Position numbers and translations under genes: made by a program. A stretch of 63,659 bases of DNA, filler included, from Barthelona sp. PAP020 (taxonomy: Eukaryota): NCBI GenBank assembly GCA_040182905.1. It is 11 parts of 11 records of this genome, joined end to end, with 100 filler letters (N's around TTAATTAATTAA, not from the genome) between each part and the next. Parts side by side here need not be neighbours in the genome. Positions count along the whole stretch, not along the records: positions 40,798 to 46,446 come from JARQWU010000589.1; positions 46,547 to 52,194 come from JARQWU010000590.1; positions 52,295 to 57,940 come from JARQWU010000591.1; 8 more parts are not named here. One strand, written 5' to 3'. Position 1 is the first letter of the stretch. Every line of letters starts with the position of its first letter. Below the pieces are notes generated by a model. The model saw nothing but the letters and a program-made list of their open reading frames with translations. It made no database searches and had not been told where the DNA came from. Positions 43,953 through 55,326 of the stretch are shown one piece after another.

Positions 43953-44537
43953 CTATTGCTGTTTGTCTTTATCAAAACAAAAAAAAACCTTGTAAAACCT
44001 TTTGAAAATAATAAAATGATACGTAAAACCTATAATAAAACCTAAGATACTACCAACAGTAATTTGAGCAATTGTGTGACAAGATAAATAAACTCTTCCA
44101 ATAATAACAGCAACTGAAGCGACACAACAACCCAACATTGTGAAAAATTTAAAAAGAAATTCCTTTCCCAACGAATTTCCCCAATAATCTTTTGATTGAA
44201 TTATATTGGGATATATAACAAACTGAAACAATATTGAAACCGTCCAAAACATCATAAATTGAGCATGATCTGAAGGCATACCGAAATTTGTGTGATGACA
44301 ACCTTCAGGTCGAGGTTCTTGAATCATTTTTTTTAATATGTTGTTTATTATTGTGTTTAAAAATAATCCAACAGTATTAATCACATGAAACTTATTTCTA
44401 TTAATAAATCCAGAATAAAAATTTGCAGCAAACAATAAAATTGGGATAAGTGTCAAATAAGCCGCTATTTTTGATAGAATATCTTCACTATCAAAAATGA
44501 TATGAACAATTCTTAAAGGTTTCCAATTATCACTCAT
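43953..44537 (-). CDS. DOLPP1: Dolichyl pyrophosphate phosphatase (PAP2 family)
   Basis: LKKMIQEPRP, GMPSDHAQFM, GRVYLSCHTIAQITVG. Confidence 0.88.
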   Translation of the reverse strand: MSDNWKPLRIVHIIFDSEDILSKIAAYLTLIPILLFAANFYSGFINRNKFHVINTVGLFLNTIINNILKKMIQEPRPEGCHHTNFGMPSDHAQFMMFWTVSILFQFVIYPNIIQSKDYWGNSLGKEFLFKFFTMLGCCVASVAVIIGRVYLSCHTIAQITVGSILGFIIGFTYHFIIFKRFYKVFFCFDKDKQQ

Positions 44538-44700
44538 TTTAAATATCTTTCTTTCTTTTCTTTAATTTGTTAATAAATAAAATAACGTTTGAAGAGTATA
44601 ATTCTTTGTGATATTCACAACAAAAAACAAAAAAAAAAGCAAAAATAGAACACACATTTTTTTTGTTTATTGTTAATTTGATTATATGTAGTTAACATAT

Positions 44701-46446
44701 ATGAGATATTTTTATTTATTTTTGTCAATAGTTTTAATATTATTCAATATTTCATTTGCATCGAATTGTGTAGATGGATATTATTACGATTCAACATGTA
44801 TTGAATGTCCTGAAGGTTATTTTTGTTTAAATGATGTAAAGACGGCATGTACAGAAGGTACATATTCTCCGACAACGCTTGCGAGTCATTGTTTAGATTG
44901 TCCTGCAGGTTACAGTTGTGGTTCTGCTACAATAATACCAGAAGGTTGTGTTAATGGTACTTTTTCAATTGCAGGATCGGCAAGTTGTAGTGACTGTCCT
45001 GCTGGAAAGTATTGTCCAAATAATAAAACTGAAGTTCCAACTGAATGTCCTGAAGGGTACAGTTGTCCTCTAGGTTCTTCCTCACCTTCTATTTGTTTGG
45101 CTGGAAATTATTCCACATCTGGTGCTTCATCTTGTTCCAGTTGTCCAGAAGGAACCTATTCAAGTACATCTGGTCTAGGTTCCTGTGATGATTGTCCAGC
45201 AGGATACTTTTGTCCAGGCACTGAAAATTCAACTCCGAGTGAATGTGCAGTTGGAGAATACTCAATTGCAGGATCGGCAAGTTGTAGTGACTGTCCTGCT
45301 GGAAAGTATTGTCCCAACACTAAAACAATGATTCCAATTGAATGTCCTGCAGGTTATAGTTGTCCTTTAGGTTCTTCCTCACCTTCTATTTGTGTTGCAG
45401 GCAAATATTCTATTGCAGGATCAAGTTCATGTACAGATTGCCCTTCTGGATCTTATTGTCCCAACTCCAAAACTGAAGTTCCAATTGAATGTCCAGAGGG
45501 TTACAGTTGTCCTTTGGGTTCTTCAACACCTTCTGTTTGTGTCGCTGGTAAATATTCTTCAGCTGGTTCTACTTCTTGTTCTAGTTGTCCGGCAGGTACA
45601 TACTCAAGTGTTTCTGGTCAAGGTATATGTACTGTTTGTCCTCCTGGGTATTCATGTGCTGGTACTGAAAATACCAGTCCAACTGAATGTGGAACAGGAA
45701 AGTATTCTATTGCAGGATCATCAAGTTGTAGTGACTGTCCTGCTGGATCTTATTGTCCTGAAGCTAAAACTGAAGTTCCAATTGAATGTCCTGAAGGCTA
45801 CAGTTGTCCTCTAGGTTCTTCTTCTCCTTCTATTTGTCTTGCTGGAAATTTTTCCATATCTGGGTCTGCCTCTTGTTCTAGTTGTCCAGCAGGTACTTAT
45901 TCGATTACATCTGGTATGGGTTTCTGTACTGTTTGTCCTCCTGGGTATTCATGTGCTGGTACTGAAAATTCAACTCCGACTGAATGTGGGACAGGAAAAT
46001 TTTCGGTAGCAGGATCATCAAGTTGTACTGATTGTCCTGCTGGATCTTATTGTCCTGAAGCTAAAACTGAAGTTCCAATTGAATGTCCTGAAGGTTATAG
46101 TTGTGCCATAGGTTCTTCCACACCTTCTATTTGTGTTGCTGGTGAATATTCTATTGCTGGATCTGGAACATGTACAGATTGTCCTGCTGGAACATTTTCG
46201 TCCATTGATGGTCAAGGATCTTGTGATTCATGTCCTGCTGGATATTCCTGTACTGGAACTGGAAACTCATCACCTTCTCTGTGTGCATCAGGTAAATATA
46301 ATGTGGCCGGATCTACTGTTGCTTGTATTGATTGTCCAATTGACCATTATTGTCCCGAATTTACGGAAATTCCAATTCCTTGTGCTCCTGGAATGACATC
46401 AACTTCTGAATCAAGCAGTTGTACAGCATGTCCAGCTGGTTTTGCA
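44701..46446 (+). CDS. Secreted/surface cysteine-rich repeat protein (CPAGxYC, GCC2/GCC3-like), 3' truncated
   Basis: N-terminal signal peptide; alternating 49- and 50-aa Cys repeats with a 297-nt DNA period. Confidence 0.9.
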
Positions 46447-46546
46447 NNNNNNNNNNNNNNNNNNNNNNNNNNNNNNNNNNNNNNNNNNNNTTAATTAATT
46501 AANNNNNNNNNNNNNNNNNNNNNNNNNNNNNNNNNNNNNNNNNNNN
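46447..46546. other. Artificial contig linker
   Basis: N44-TTAATTAATTAA-N44. Confidence 0.99.
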
Positions 46547-46548
46547 AG

Positions 46549-46860
46549 AATGTTGATTGTGTTGGAATTGATGAAGGTCAATTTTTTCCTGATTTAACTG
46601 AAAATGTTGTTTCATTTTTGAAGAATGGAATCAATGTTTTTATTGGTGGATTAGATGGATCATTTTTAAGAGAACCAATTGGTAGTATGGTTGATTTATT
46701 GCCTTTTACCAGTAAAGTTATAAAGTTGAAAGCCAAATGTCATTATTGCCTTGAAAATGCTCAATTTTCAAAGAGAATTGTTGAATGCAGTGATGTTGTT
46801 TGCATAGGAGGGGCTGAAAGTTATGTTGCCACATGCCGCAATTGTTTTCACAAATATTAA
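46549..46860 (+). CDS. TK1: Thymidine kinase (type II), C-terminal fragment
   Basis: VGIDEGQFFPDL, GLDGSF, KLKAKCHYC, IGGAESYVATCRNCF. Confidence 0.92.
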   Translation, partial: NVDCVGIDEGQFFPDLTENVVSFLKNGINVFIGGLDGSFLREPIGSMVDLLPFTSKVIKLKAKCHYCLENAQFSKRIVECSDVVCIGGAESYVATCRNCFHKY

Positions 46861-47156
46861 GACAAATTATTCTTTGCCAATATACTATTTATATTTTTTA
46901 GTCCTTTCAAAAAAAATCCTGTAATTTTTTTTCCTTTATTTTTGAATTTCACATTCTAGCATTATTCATTTGATAAATGTTATCTCAAAGCTTTTTTTTT
47001 TTTAAATCAAGAAACTCAAAAAAAAAACATTTTGTGAATCAAAATCAAAAGAATTTCAAAAAAAGAGAAGAAAATTGACACTTTTTGCATGTTTTTGATT
47101 GGAATCAAAAAAAAGTTTTTCAAAGGAAACAATTGAATTTTTTTTTTTTTTTCCAC

Positions 47157-48680
47157 ATGAGACTCTTTGTTCACGTTGAACAAAGTCCACCTTTTTTATT
47201 AGAAGTTGATGATAATGCAACTGTTGAACAATGTCATGATGTTGCCACAACTTCATACAGAGAATTATATCTTAACAACCCTTGGTTATTAAAATTAACA
47301 CGTGTATGCAGATTTATTGATAATGATTTATTATTGATCTATGAAAAAGAATCCAAAGCTCAGGAAATTACAAATTTCGATATGACTTCTCAAGAAACAT
47401 TGTCAATTTATGATGAACCTAAACCTACACCTACAAATCCTGTTTTTTGCAAAAAACCTGGAGATCCTAATGGAATTCCTGTTTATCGTTATTCTAGTCT
47501 AAATAGATTAATTATTTACATGACATCAGCAGATACGCCTGAATATATATCAGATGCTTTTATTCATTGTTTCAGACAATGGACAACATATGATGTTGTT
47601 TTAAACAAATTATTTGAAAGATACGATTATCCAGAACCTGCAAACCTTTTGCCCGCTGATAGACCTTCTTTTTTAGTTAATGAGCGGTTACAAGTTCAAA
47701 GGAAAGTTTGTAGAACTTTATTTAATTATTTGTTACATTATCGTTATGAAATTTCTCAAGAACATGAAGAAAAAATTTCTTCTTTTATTTCCAACAAGAT
47801 TGAACCTGATTCTCATTTTGGTATTGCTTTAAAAATGAAAGAATTGCTGGGTACACCATGTGAACCACATAAATATCATTCCATTGGATTTAGTGGTAAA
47901 TTAGCTTTGCAAGTCGATCCTTATGATGAAAATCGAAAAAAATTTTGGGATTATGATGCAAAAGAAATTGCAGCACAATTAACCATAATGAATCATCGTG
48001 CTTACAATCAATTGAGTGCTTTGGATTTTATTGGTCAAAAATGGGAAAAAAAGAAGCATGAAGTTCCTGCTTTGACTGCTTTTATCGAACAGTTTGAAAA
48101 ATTATCAAATTTCATTTGTTATTCTATATTGACTCAAAAAAACTTAAAAGATCGAAAGGATATGATGGTTAAATCTATCGAAATAATGATTGAGCTTAGA
48201 AAATTAAACAACTTTCATTCATTGAGTTCTTTGGTTACGGTTTTCACTCAAGGTGCAATTAATAGACTCACTGAAACTTATAAAGAAGTTCCAAGCAGCT
48301 TACAAGAAAAAAGGGTTGAATACACTGATTTATGTTCACCCTTGTCCAATTATCAACAATACAGAGCTGTTATTAGTAGATTGGGTCCGGAAGACACTTG
48401 TATTCCTTCAACACCTGTTTTGCTCAAGGATTTCACTTTTATTGAGGATGGAAACCCAAAAATTGTGAAAGGTTTGTTAAATGTGTTCAGATCTCTGTTA
48501 CAATTTAATATATTTACGAAAATTCTTTCTTATCAAGATAAAAATCCCTCTTGGGAAAAGTCAACAAAATATGGACACTTAAACAGTCAACCTGAAATTT
48601 TGATCGATCTCGATTTACATGAAAAAGTTGATCCCATGGAGTTGTTTAGAATGAGTGGTGAAATTCAACCAAGAAGGTGA
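47157..48680 (+). CDS. Ras guanine-nucleotide exchange factor (REM + CDC25 domains)
   Basis: AFIHCFRQWTT..VLNKLFERY; EIAAQLT; LRKLNNFHSL; CIP...LKDFTFIEDGNP. Confidence 0.92.
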   Translation: MRLFVHVEQSPPFLLEVDDNATVEQCHDVATTSYRELYLNNPWLLKLTRVCRFIDNDLLLIYEKESKAQEITNFDMTSQETLSIYDEPKPTPTNPVFCKKPGDPNGIPVYRYSSLNRLIIYMTSADTPEYISDAFIHCFRQWTTYDVVLNKLFERYDYPEPANLLPADRPSFLVNERLQVQRKVCRTLFNYLLHYRYEISQEHEEKISSFISNKIEPDSHFGIALKMKELLGTPCEPHKYHSIGFSGKLALQVDPYDENRKKFWDYDAKEIAAQLTIMNHRAYNQLSALDFIGQKWEKKKHEVPALTAFIEQFEKLSNFICYSILTQKNLKDRKDMMVKSIEIMIELRKLNNFHSLSSLVTVFTQGAINRLTETYKEVPSSLQEKRVEYTDLCSPLSNYQQYRAVISRLGPEDTCIPSTPVLLKDFTFIEDGNPKIVKGLLNVFRSLLQFNIFTKILSYQDKNPSWEKSTKYGHLNSQPEILIDLDLHEKVDPMELFRMSGEIQPRR

Positions 48681-48928
48681 TATTTTCAATGTATAAAGAA
48701 CAGAACTTCTGTGATTAATGTGTATGTAAATTTTTGATTCATTTTTCATTTCTTCATTTTGAAAAGAACAATCCCAAAGAAAATTTTAATTCATCAAGTA
48801 AGATTTGCTCCTGTTAAAGATCTTCAAATTATATTGTTTGAACAATAACACGGTGATGAAACAAACAGAATTTTCCTTCTTTTTAAAACTATTTTGTGCA
48901 TTGTTTTTATTTAATCTTTTGAATCAAT

Positions 48929-50113
48929 ATGTCTGAGTCAATTGCCGAATCAATAGAAGAAACTATTTATAACATGTTTTCTTTGACCATAGACGAAAAT
49001 TCTGTGAAAGAAATTAGAGATATACTTACTGGGTATATGTATGCATGTGGATATTCACTTGATGGGAAATTTTTCGTTGTTGGTACTGATAACAGTAAAA
49101 CTGTAGTATTGGATTCAGAAACTCAAGAAGTGAAGTGTACTTTGACAGATCAATCTTCTGTCTATGATGTTGCATTTTCACCAGATGGACAAAAGTTTGC
49201 AACGTGCGCTAGTGATTTTTCTATTGTCATTTACAATGTTTCAGATTTCTCTGTTTTTAAAAGGTTAACCAATAGTAGCAGCACGTATGGAGTTTGTTTT
49301 TCCAATTGTTCAAATTATTTATATTCTGGGGATAACGAATATAAGGTTAAAAAGTGGGACATAAATAGTGGTAATGTTGTTTTGGAAGAAAAACATCACA
49401 ATGGTTGGATTTGGAGAATAAGAATTTCACCAGATGGCAAATATCTTGTGACTGGAAGTGGTGATGGTAGTGCAAAATTAATTGATGCAGACAATCTTTC
49501 ACTTGTTCAAACATTCAATAATAGCGGTACTGTTAGAGCTGTTGGCTTCCATCCCACCCAAAGAGTTGTTTTTACTGGAGATGAGTTAAAAAGAGCCAGA
49601 ATCTGGAACATGGACGATGGATCAATTGTTCATACATTTAACTTAAGTGAAGCAGTTTATGATTTTTCTTTCGTGCCACCCAATAATTTTGTTGTTATGA
49701 CAGGTGGGGGATATATTATCTCGTATAATGTGGATACTTTTCAAGAAATTCAAAAGATTCCGTTAAGTTGTGATAATTCTCATTTTTGCATTACTACAAG
49801 CCCTGATAAAAGACAATTAGTCTGTGGAAGATGTTCAAACAACCTTATTAAGATATTTTCATTGTCATCTTTATATGACAATTCACATTTGTCAGAACTT
49901 GTTGAATTATCAAAGCGAGGTGGCTTTGTGTTATCGAATCTCATACAAATTAATAAAGACAGTCAGATGATCAGGCAGCTGGTAGCTGGTGGAATGGATA
50001 TGAATGAAGAGGAGTATAACATGATCATTAACACTTGCTGGGATTTAGTTGACATAAATGAAGCTAATGGTGGCAATTTGCATTTGTTTATGAACCTTCA
50101 AAGCGATAATGAC

Positions 50114-50144
<31 letters not shown>

Positions 50145-50146
50145 AA
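48929..50146 (+). CDS. WD40 protein with C-terminal 'WDLV-GN' domain (family member 2)
   Basis: Seven WD40-like repeats; IRQLVAGG...EEYNMIINTCWDLVDINEANGGNL; poly-Asp tail encoded by a (GAT)n run. Confidence 0.9.
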
Positions 50147-50349
50147 GTAATTCCACAACTTCAACATTATTATCAAGTCAGTATTATCTCCACTTGAGAT
50201 TGTTTTCTGAAACCTGTTGACTTCTGTTGATTTTCTGCATTAACACTTGTTTCTCAACTGTTATCTTATGCTTGCGTTATTAATTTGTCTCAATATTTGT
50301 AAAGTCTAAAATCGTTGTACTTTTTTTCTTTCGTTTTAAGTGTTTTTGC

Positions 50350-51558
50350 ATGTCCAGAGGATTGCATTTGGGAATACAATCAAATGAAATAACTGTTGAA
50401 AAGATGCTTTCCAGGAAAATTGATGAAGAAAGAGTGATAATAAAGGAAGAAATTGTTCAGGCTTTTATGTATGATTGTCAGTATTCACCAAATGGAAAAT
50501 ATTTTGTTGCAAGTGGTAGCAATGGCCATGTTTATGTAATAGACCCACAAACTGGTGAGTTAATTCAAACATTGAGAAATCATTATCTTGGAAAAACTGT
50601 TTTTGGAGTCGCGTTTTCTCCAAATGGAGAAATGTTGGCAACTTGTTCATTGGATGAGACTATAATTGTTTATAATGTTCGAGATTTCTCCATCATTAGC
50701 CAATTACAGAATGATGGGTGTGTTCATGGTATTTCTTTTTCTATTTGTTCAAACTATTTGTATTCTGCAGATATTAAAGGTAATCTTAGAAAATGGGATA
50801 TTTATGATGCCAATATTCTTTTGGAATCTCAGGTTCATACAAAATGGATTTGGAAAGTTGTACTTTCGTCCGACGAAAAATACATCTTGACTGCAGGGAG
50901 TGATAAAACTTTAAAGTTGATCGAAACTTCAACTTTTTCTGTTCTTTACGCATATGTTCATGAGGGGTTTGTTAGAGATTTTTGTTTCAGTCCAACAAAA
51001 AATATCATTGCAGCAGGAGATTCATCAAGAAAAGTCAAGCTTTGGAACATGGATGATAGATCTCTTCTTCACACATTTGAGATGGGTGGTGAAGTCTTTT
51101 CCCTTCATTTTTTAACATCAAATATCCTGCTTATTATGTCTGGTGATGGTTATATTACTTCATACGATGTGGATAGCTATGAGGAGATTCAAAAGGTACA
51201 TTGTGGCGGTCGTAAAATGGTCTGGTTTTCCTTTGACATATCCCCCGACAGAACACAATTGGTATGTGGTCGATGCAAAGGCAATTGCATCAAGATATAT
51301 CCACTCATTCCCTCAATTGATCCATCTCATTTTTCGACACTTGTCGATCTATCCAGAAATGATGGTGAAGTTGTATCGACACTTGTTTCTGCTGGGATAG
51401 ATTCATCTGTAATAAGACAGTTGGTTGCTTGTGGCATTTGTATGAGTGTGGAAGAATACAAGATGATTGTTGACACTTGTTGGGATTTGGTTGATATCAA
51501 TGAAAGCAAAGGTGGGAATATGCAAAAGTTTTTGGAAGTTAAGGTTGAAATAGGTTAG
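50350..51558 (+). CDS. WD40 protein with C-terminal 'WDLV-GN' domain (family member 3, tandem paralog)
   Basis: Collinear with 48929-50146; IRQLVACG...EEYKMIVDTCWDLVDINESKGGNM. Confidence 0.9.
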   Translation: MSRGLHLGIQSNEITVEKMLSRKIDEERVIIKEEIVQAFMYDCQYSPNGKYFVASGSNGHVYVIDPQTGELIQTLRNHYLGKTVFGVAFSPNGEMLATCSLDETIIVYNVRDFSIISQLQNDGCVHGISFSICSNYLYSADIKGNLRKWDIYDANILLESQVHTKWIWKVVLSSDEKYILTAGSDKTLKLIETSTFSVLYAYVHEGFVRDFCFSPTKNIIAAGDSSRKVKLWNMDDRSLLHTFEMGGEVFSLHFLTSNILLIMSGDGYITSYDVDSYEEIQKVHCGGRKMVWFSFDISPDRTQLVCGRCKGNCIKIYPLIPSIDPSHFSTLVDLSRNDGEVVSTLVSAGIDSSVIRQLVACGICMSVEEYKMIVDTCWDLVDINESKGGNMQKFLEVKVEIG

Positions 51559-52054
51559 TTTGATTTGTCTTTTACAATTGTAATTGGGCTCTGAGACAGA
51601 AATTGTGATCAAATTTGCGTCAGAAAAAAAAAAAGGAGATGTTTCTTAGATTGGGAAGCATAAATTGCAAAAATGAGCAAAGAAATAATTTTGTTGTCAG
51701 TTTGTGTATCTTTGATTCTATTTTCTCTCCATTATTGTCCTTATAAATCAACCTAAATTTCTTTTTCTTCCACTTTGAAAAATTTTTTTTATGTATGCCA
51801 ATTTCCAATTTGATATAGTGTGATAAACTCCTTATTTATCTTGTAATTTATTGTTTTAATATCCCTTTATCAAGTTTTGAACGATAACTTTCTGTTCAAA
51901 CCCATTCTTGATGATAACAAATATTCCTTGCAAGATTTCATATATAATTTTTCCTTCTGTATTTTAGGCAATTAAAGTAAATACTTCTTTTCACCAATAG
52001 ATAACTTAAAGAAAAAGAAATCATGAATTTTAAAGAACAATTTCTTCTTTTTAA

Positions 52055-52194
52055 ATGTTGACTAAATTGAAAAGTATCTTTAAAACTAAGTCGACGAGTG
52101 CAAATTTAAATAATTTATTACCAAAAAATGAGTGCATTTTTCCTAACTTAGATGGAAAGATTTCAAGTGATTTATTAAGCAGTCTTTCCAATAA
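52055..52194 (+). CDS. Possible N-terminal fragment of an unidentified protein
   Basis: ATG after a T-rich leader, open to the linker. Confidence 0.3.
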
Positions 52195-52294
52195 NNNNNN
52201 NNNNNNNNNNNNNNNNNNNNNNNNNNNNNNNNNNNNNNTTAATTAATTAANNNNNNNNNNNNNNNNNNNNNNNNNNNNNNNNNNNNNNNNNNNN
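52195..52294. other. Artificial contig linker
   Basis: N44-TTAATTAATTAA-N44. Confidence 0.99.
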
Positions 52295-52296
52295 CA

Positions 52297-52413
52297 GAAA
52301 AAGCTAAATTAAAGAGCAGTTTTATGAGGCAAGGAGAAAGAGAAACAAAATTCCGTTATTCTGGCGAAAAGAAAATTGATCCTAGTATTGTTAGGTCAAA
52401 GAGTTTAAAGTAA
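52297..52413 (+). CDS. UTP3: Sas10/Utp3 C-terminal fragment
   Basis: Hand-translated EKAKLKSSFMRQGERETKFRYSGEKKIDPSIVRSKSLK*, matching the Sas10 C-terminal Y-x-GE...I...RS-x-K pattern. Confidence 0.65.
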   Translation, partial: EKAKLKSSFMRQGERETKFRYSGEKKIDPSIVRSKSLK

Positions 52414-52711
52414 AACAGTTTCTTCCACTAATTTTTGTTTTATTTCTTTAAAAACACGGTAAACACTTTAGTTATTTTATTTTTAAACCATTTTTCTTGA
52501 TATTTCTTTGACCATTGAGAGGTATTCTACAATTTTTTGCAATATTTGTCTATTTTTTTTGATTGTTGTTTTTTTTGAAAAAAATATTATTGTTTGCTTG
52601 TTAAATTCTGTCAAAAATTTATTTATAAATGCTTTTTTGGTGAAAGTGATGTCTGTTTTTCTTTTTCTTGTGGTTTTTTTTTACTTGTATATTCTTCTGT
52701 TTCATGATAGG

Positions 52712-55120
52712 ATGACAATTCATACATGCTTTTACATTGTTCTAGATATCTGCCCGGAGTGCATTGTTAAACCAATCAAAGAAATTGCTCATTATCGAAG
52801 TAATGTATTATCTGTTGACAATGATGAGGGTGTAGAAATTAGATTTTTCCAAATTGAAGATTTTAAAGAAAAATTACCATGTACCTCGACTGGACGATAT
52901 GAAATTTCCGCCAAATATGATTCAGAACAACATAAATCGTATTTATTAATCAGTTTTCGACGTATTGTTGATGCTTTTCGAGCTTTAGGTACTGTTATGG
53001 GGTTTTCTTCCCCCAATATGAGGTACAGTAGTTCTAAACAAAGAATGATATATGTAAATAGCAGTTCATTGGAACAATGGCAGGAAGAAATAATTGAAGA
53101 TTCAACTTTGAATGAATTTGATGATTTAACTGAGGGGTTTTTAAAACAATTTAATGATATCAGTGAAACATCTTTAATTCCACGGTTGTCTGTATTTGTT
53201 GATGCATCAAAAGGTGCTGTTCCAAATATTGATACTCTTAAGTTCTATATTAGAACGTATGCTTTGATGGGGATGAACGTAATGATGTTGTATATGGAAG
53301 ATGCCTTTGAATTGCCTTCCTTTCCCTTTTTTGGTTATTTGCGTGGTAGGTATACTCTTCTTGAACTTCAAAATATTGATAATTATGCTTCTTTATTTGG
53401 AATGGAAATTGTGCCATGTATTCAAACATTGGCTCATATGCGGTCTATACAGAGATATCCACAATTTCAGCCAATGTTTGATACTGAGGATACTCTTCTT
53501 GTAGGAAGTAATGAAGTTTACGCTTTTATTGAGGAGATGATTTCAGTACTTCAACCTTGTTTTCGAACGAATCGAATGGGTTTGGGTATGGAAGAAGCTC
53601 ATAATCTTGGTCGTGGTCGCTTTCGTCAGTTTTATGGAGAAAAATCAAGAGATGATATTTTTGCACTTCATATCAATAGAGTTTCTCATATTTGTGACAG
53701 GTTAGGAATTTCCCCATTCATTATGGGTGATATGTTCTTTCGTGTGAGCTCACAACACAATGATTACTATGACAATCTTTCTGTTCCATCAAAATCATTA
53801 TGTGAGAATGTTCCAAAGAATCTTTCTCTTATATATTGGGATTACTACCACTCTTCTTATGCTTTCTATTCTCAAATGTTGGCTAAACATAGAAAGATAA
53901 TTAAAACTTCTTTGTTTGAAGGAAATGATGGGTCCAAGGACAGGTCAAGATCGTTTTCAAACACATTTTCATTCAGTCATGAACATGAATTGAGTTTGAA
54001 GCAGTCTCCAGTAAGAGAACCTTCAAAAATGAAAATTGGCAACGCATCTGGAACAAAATCTTTAAGTCTTCCAAAAATTCAGAAGATTTCTAAATTTTCT
54101 GAAAATAAATCAAATACTGAGAATGTAGCTGGTCTTGGTTTTCTCACATCCCCAATGACTCTTGCTGCTGATCTTTTGAATTCTAGAAACCTTCATATTC
54201 CAAAATTTACGAGTGCTGTTACTGATCGTGTTTTAATGGGTGGTGGATCTTGGTCATGGAACAGATTTTGGTCCTCAATTACGTTCGCTTCATCAACAAT
54301 TATTGCAATGATGTCATCCGCTCGTATGTGTAATGCTCCTGAAATTATCATATTCAATTGGCTTGATGATGGTGCTGAATGTGATCCCATTTCAACGTTT
54401 CCTGTTATTCAAACGGCTGCAGAATTGGGTTGGGCTAATGAGCCTGTAATTGACCATATTGCTCTGAAATTTTATGGTTCTTGTGCTGGAGACCTTGAAA
54501 GTTTTGTTCAGGGTGATAGAATTGACAGCAATGCAAATCCAAATCAAACAACACCTACCAACATATCTAAGTGGCTGTTGTGGGAAGATCCAATTTTTTG
54601 GCATTTGAGCGTTGATTTTGATGAAAATATTACAAACCACTTTGTTAAAATGGCTTCAATCTTTCACACCATTGCATTTGAAATAGAACCCACATATAAA
54701 AAGAATTTTCAATTATTAGCACTGTTTTCCAATATCATAGTCCAAAAATTGCATCTTAAAGGTTATTTATTTTCATTTTTTAATTCCAAAGGCGTGGTTT
54801 CTTCCAATGTTAAGGCAGCAAATGATTGCATCAAAGCTCTTTTGAATTCAAAGAATGGAATCTTGTTTAAAGCCAGAGATTTACATAGAGAATTGTGGAT
54901 GAAGTACTATAAACCATTTGGTTGGGAAAATATTTCCAACAGATATGCAACTTTGATCAACAGATTAGGGGAATTAGCCGATTTGATTTCTTCCATTGAT
55001 TTTGAGAGCTTTGACATTTTTAATAGCGATTTTTTCGCTAAAAGACTTCCATTTTTTGATGATTTAAATCAACCCTTTCCAGTATTGGATTATAATATGG
55101 CTGCATCAATAAGCACTTGA
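52712..55120 (+). CDS. GH20 beta-N-acetylhexosaminidase-like (GcnA/HexD type); start uncertain
   Basis: MLYMEDAFEL..FPFFGYLRGRYT..ELQNIDNYA..FGMEIVPCIQTLAHM; GMEEAHNLGRG; LIYWDYYH; WLDDGAEC; YKPFGWE. Confidence 0.85.
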   Translation: MTIHTCFYIVLDICPECIVKPIKEIAHYRSNVLSVDNDEGVEIRFFQIEDFKEKLPCTSTGRYEISAKYDSEQHKSYLLISFRRIVDAFRALGTVMGFSSPNMRYSSSKQRMIYVNSSSLEQWQEEIIEDSTLNEFDDLTEGFLKQFNDISETSLIPRLSVFVDASKGAVPNIDTLKFYIRTYALMGMNVMMLYMEDAFELPSFPFFGYLRGRYTLLELQNIDNYASLFGMEIVPCIQTLAHMRSIQRYPQFQPMFDTEDTLLVGSNEVYAFIEEMISVLQPCFRTNRMGLGMEEAHNLGRGRFRQFYGEKSRDDIFALHINRVSHICDRLGISPFIMGDMFFRVSSQHNDYYDNLSVPSKSLCENVPKNLSLIYWDYYHSSYAFYSQMLAKHRKIIKTSLFEGNDGSKDRSRSFSNTFSFSHEHELSLKQSPVREPSKMKIGNASGTKSLSLPKIQKISKFSENKSNTENVAGLGFLTSPMTLAADLLNSRNLHIPKFTSAVTDRVLMGGGSWSWNRFWSSITFASSTIIAMMSSARMCNAPEIIIFNWLDDGAECDPISTFPVIQTAAELGWANEPVIDHIALKFYGSCAGDLESFVQGDRIDSNANPNQTTPTNISKWLLWEDPIFWHLSVDFDENITNHFVKMASIFHTIAFEIEPTYKKNFQLLALFSNIIVQKLHLKGYLFSFFNSKGVVSSNVKAANDCIKALLNSKNGILFKARDLHRELWMKYYKPFGWENISNRYATLINRLGELADLISSIDFESFDIFNSDFFAKRLPFFDDLNQPFPVLDYNMAASIST

Positions 55121-55326
55121 TTTTGATTTGTGATATTGTTATGTGTTATGTTTATATGAGCAAATGGACTTTTTTGAAGTATTCCATTAAATATTTCAGA
55201 ATTCCCCCTCAAAAACTCATTGTTTCTTTTTTTGTGTGTAAAATTTACGTTTATCTTTTCATATTTATTTTTGCACTTTTTGGTCAAGCTTTTGAGTTCA
55301 TTTTCATTTTTCCTTATCATCAAAAA

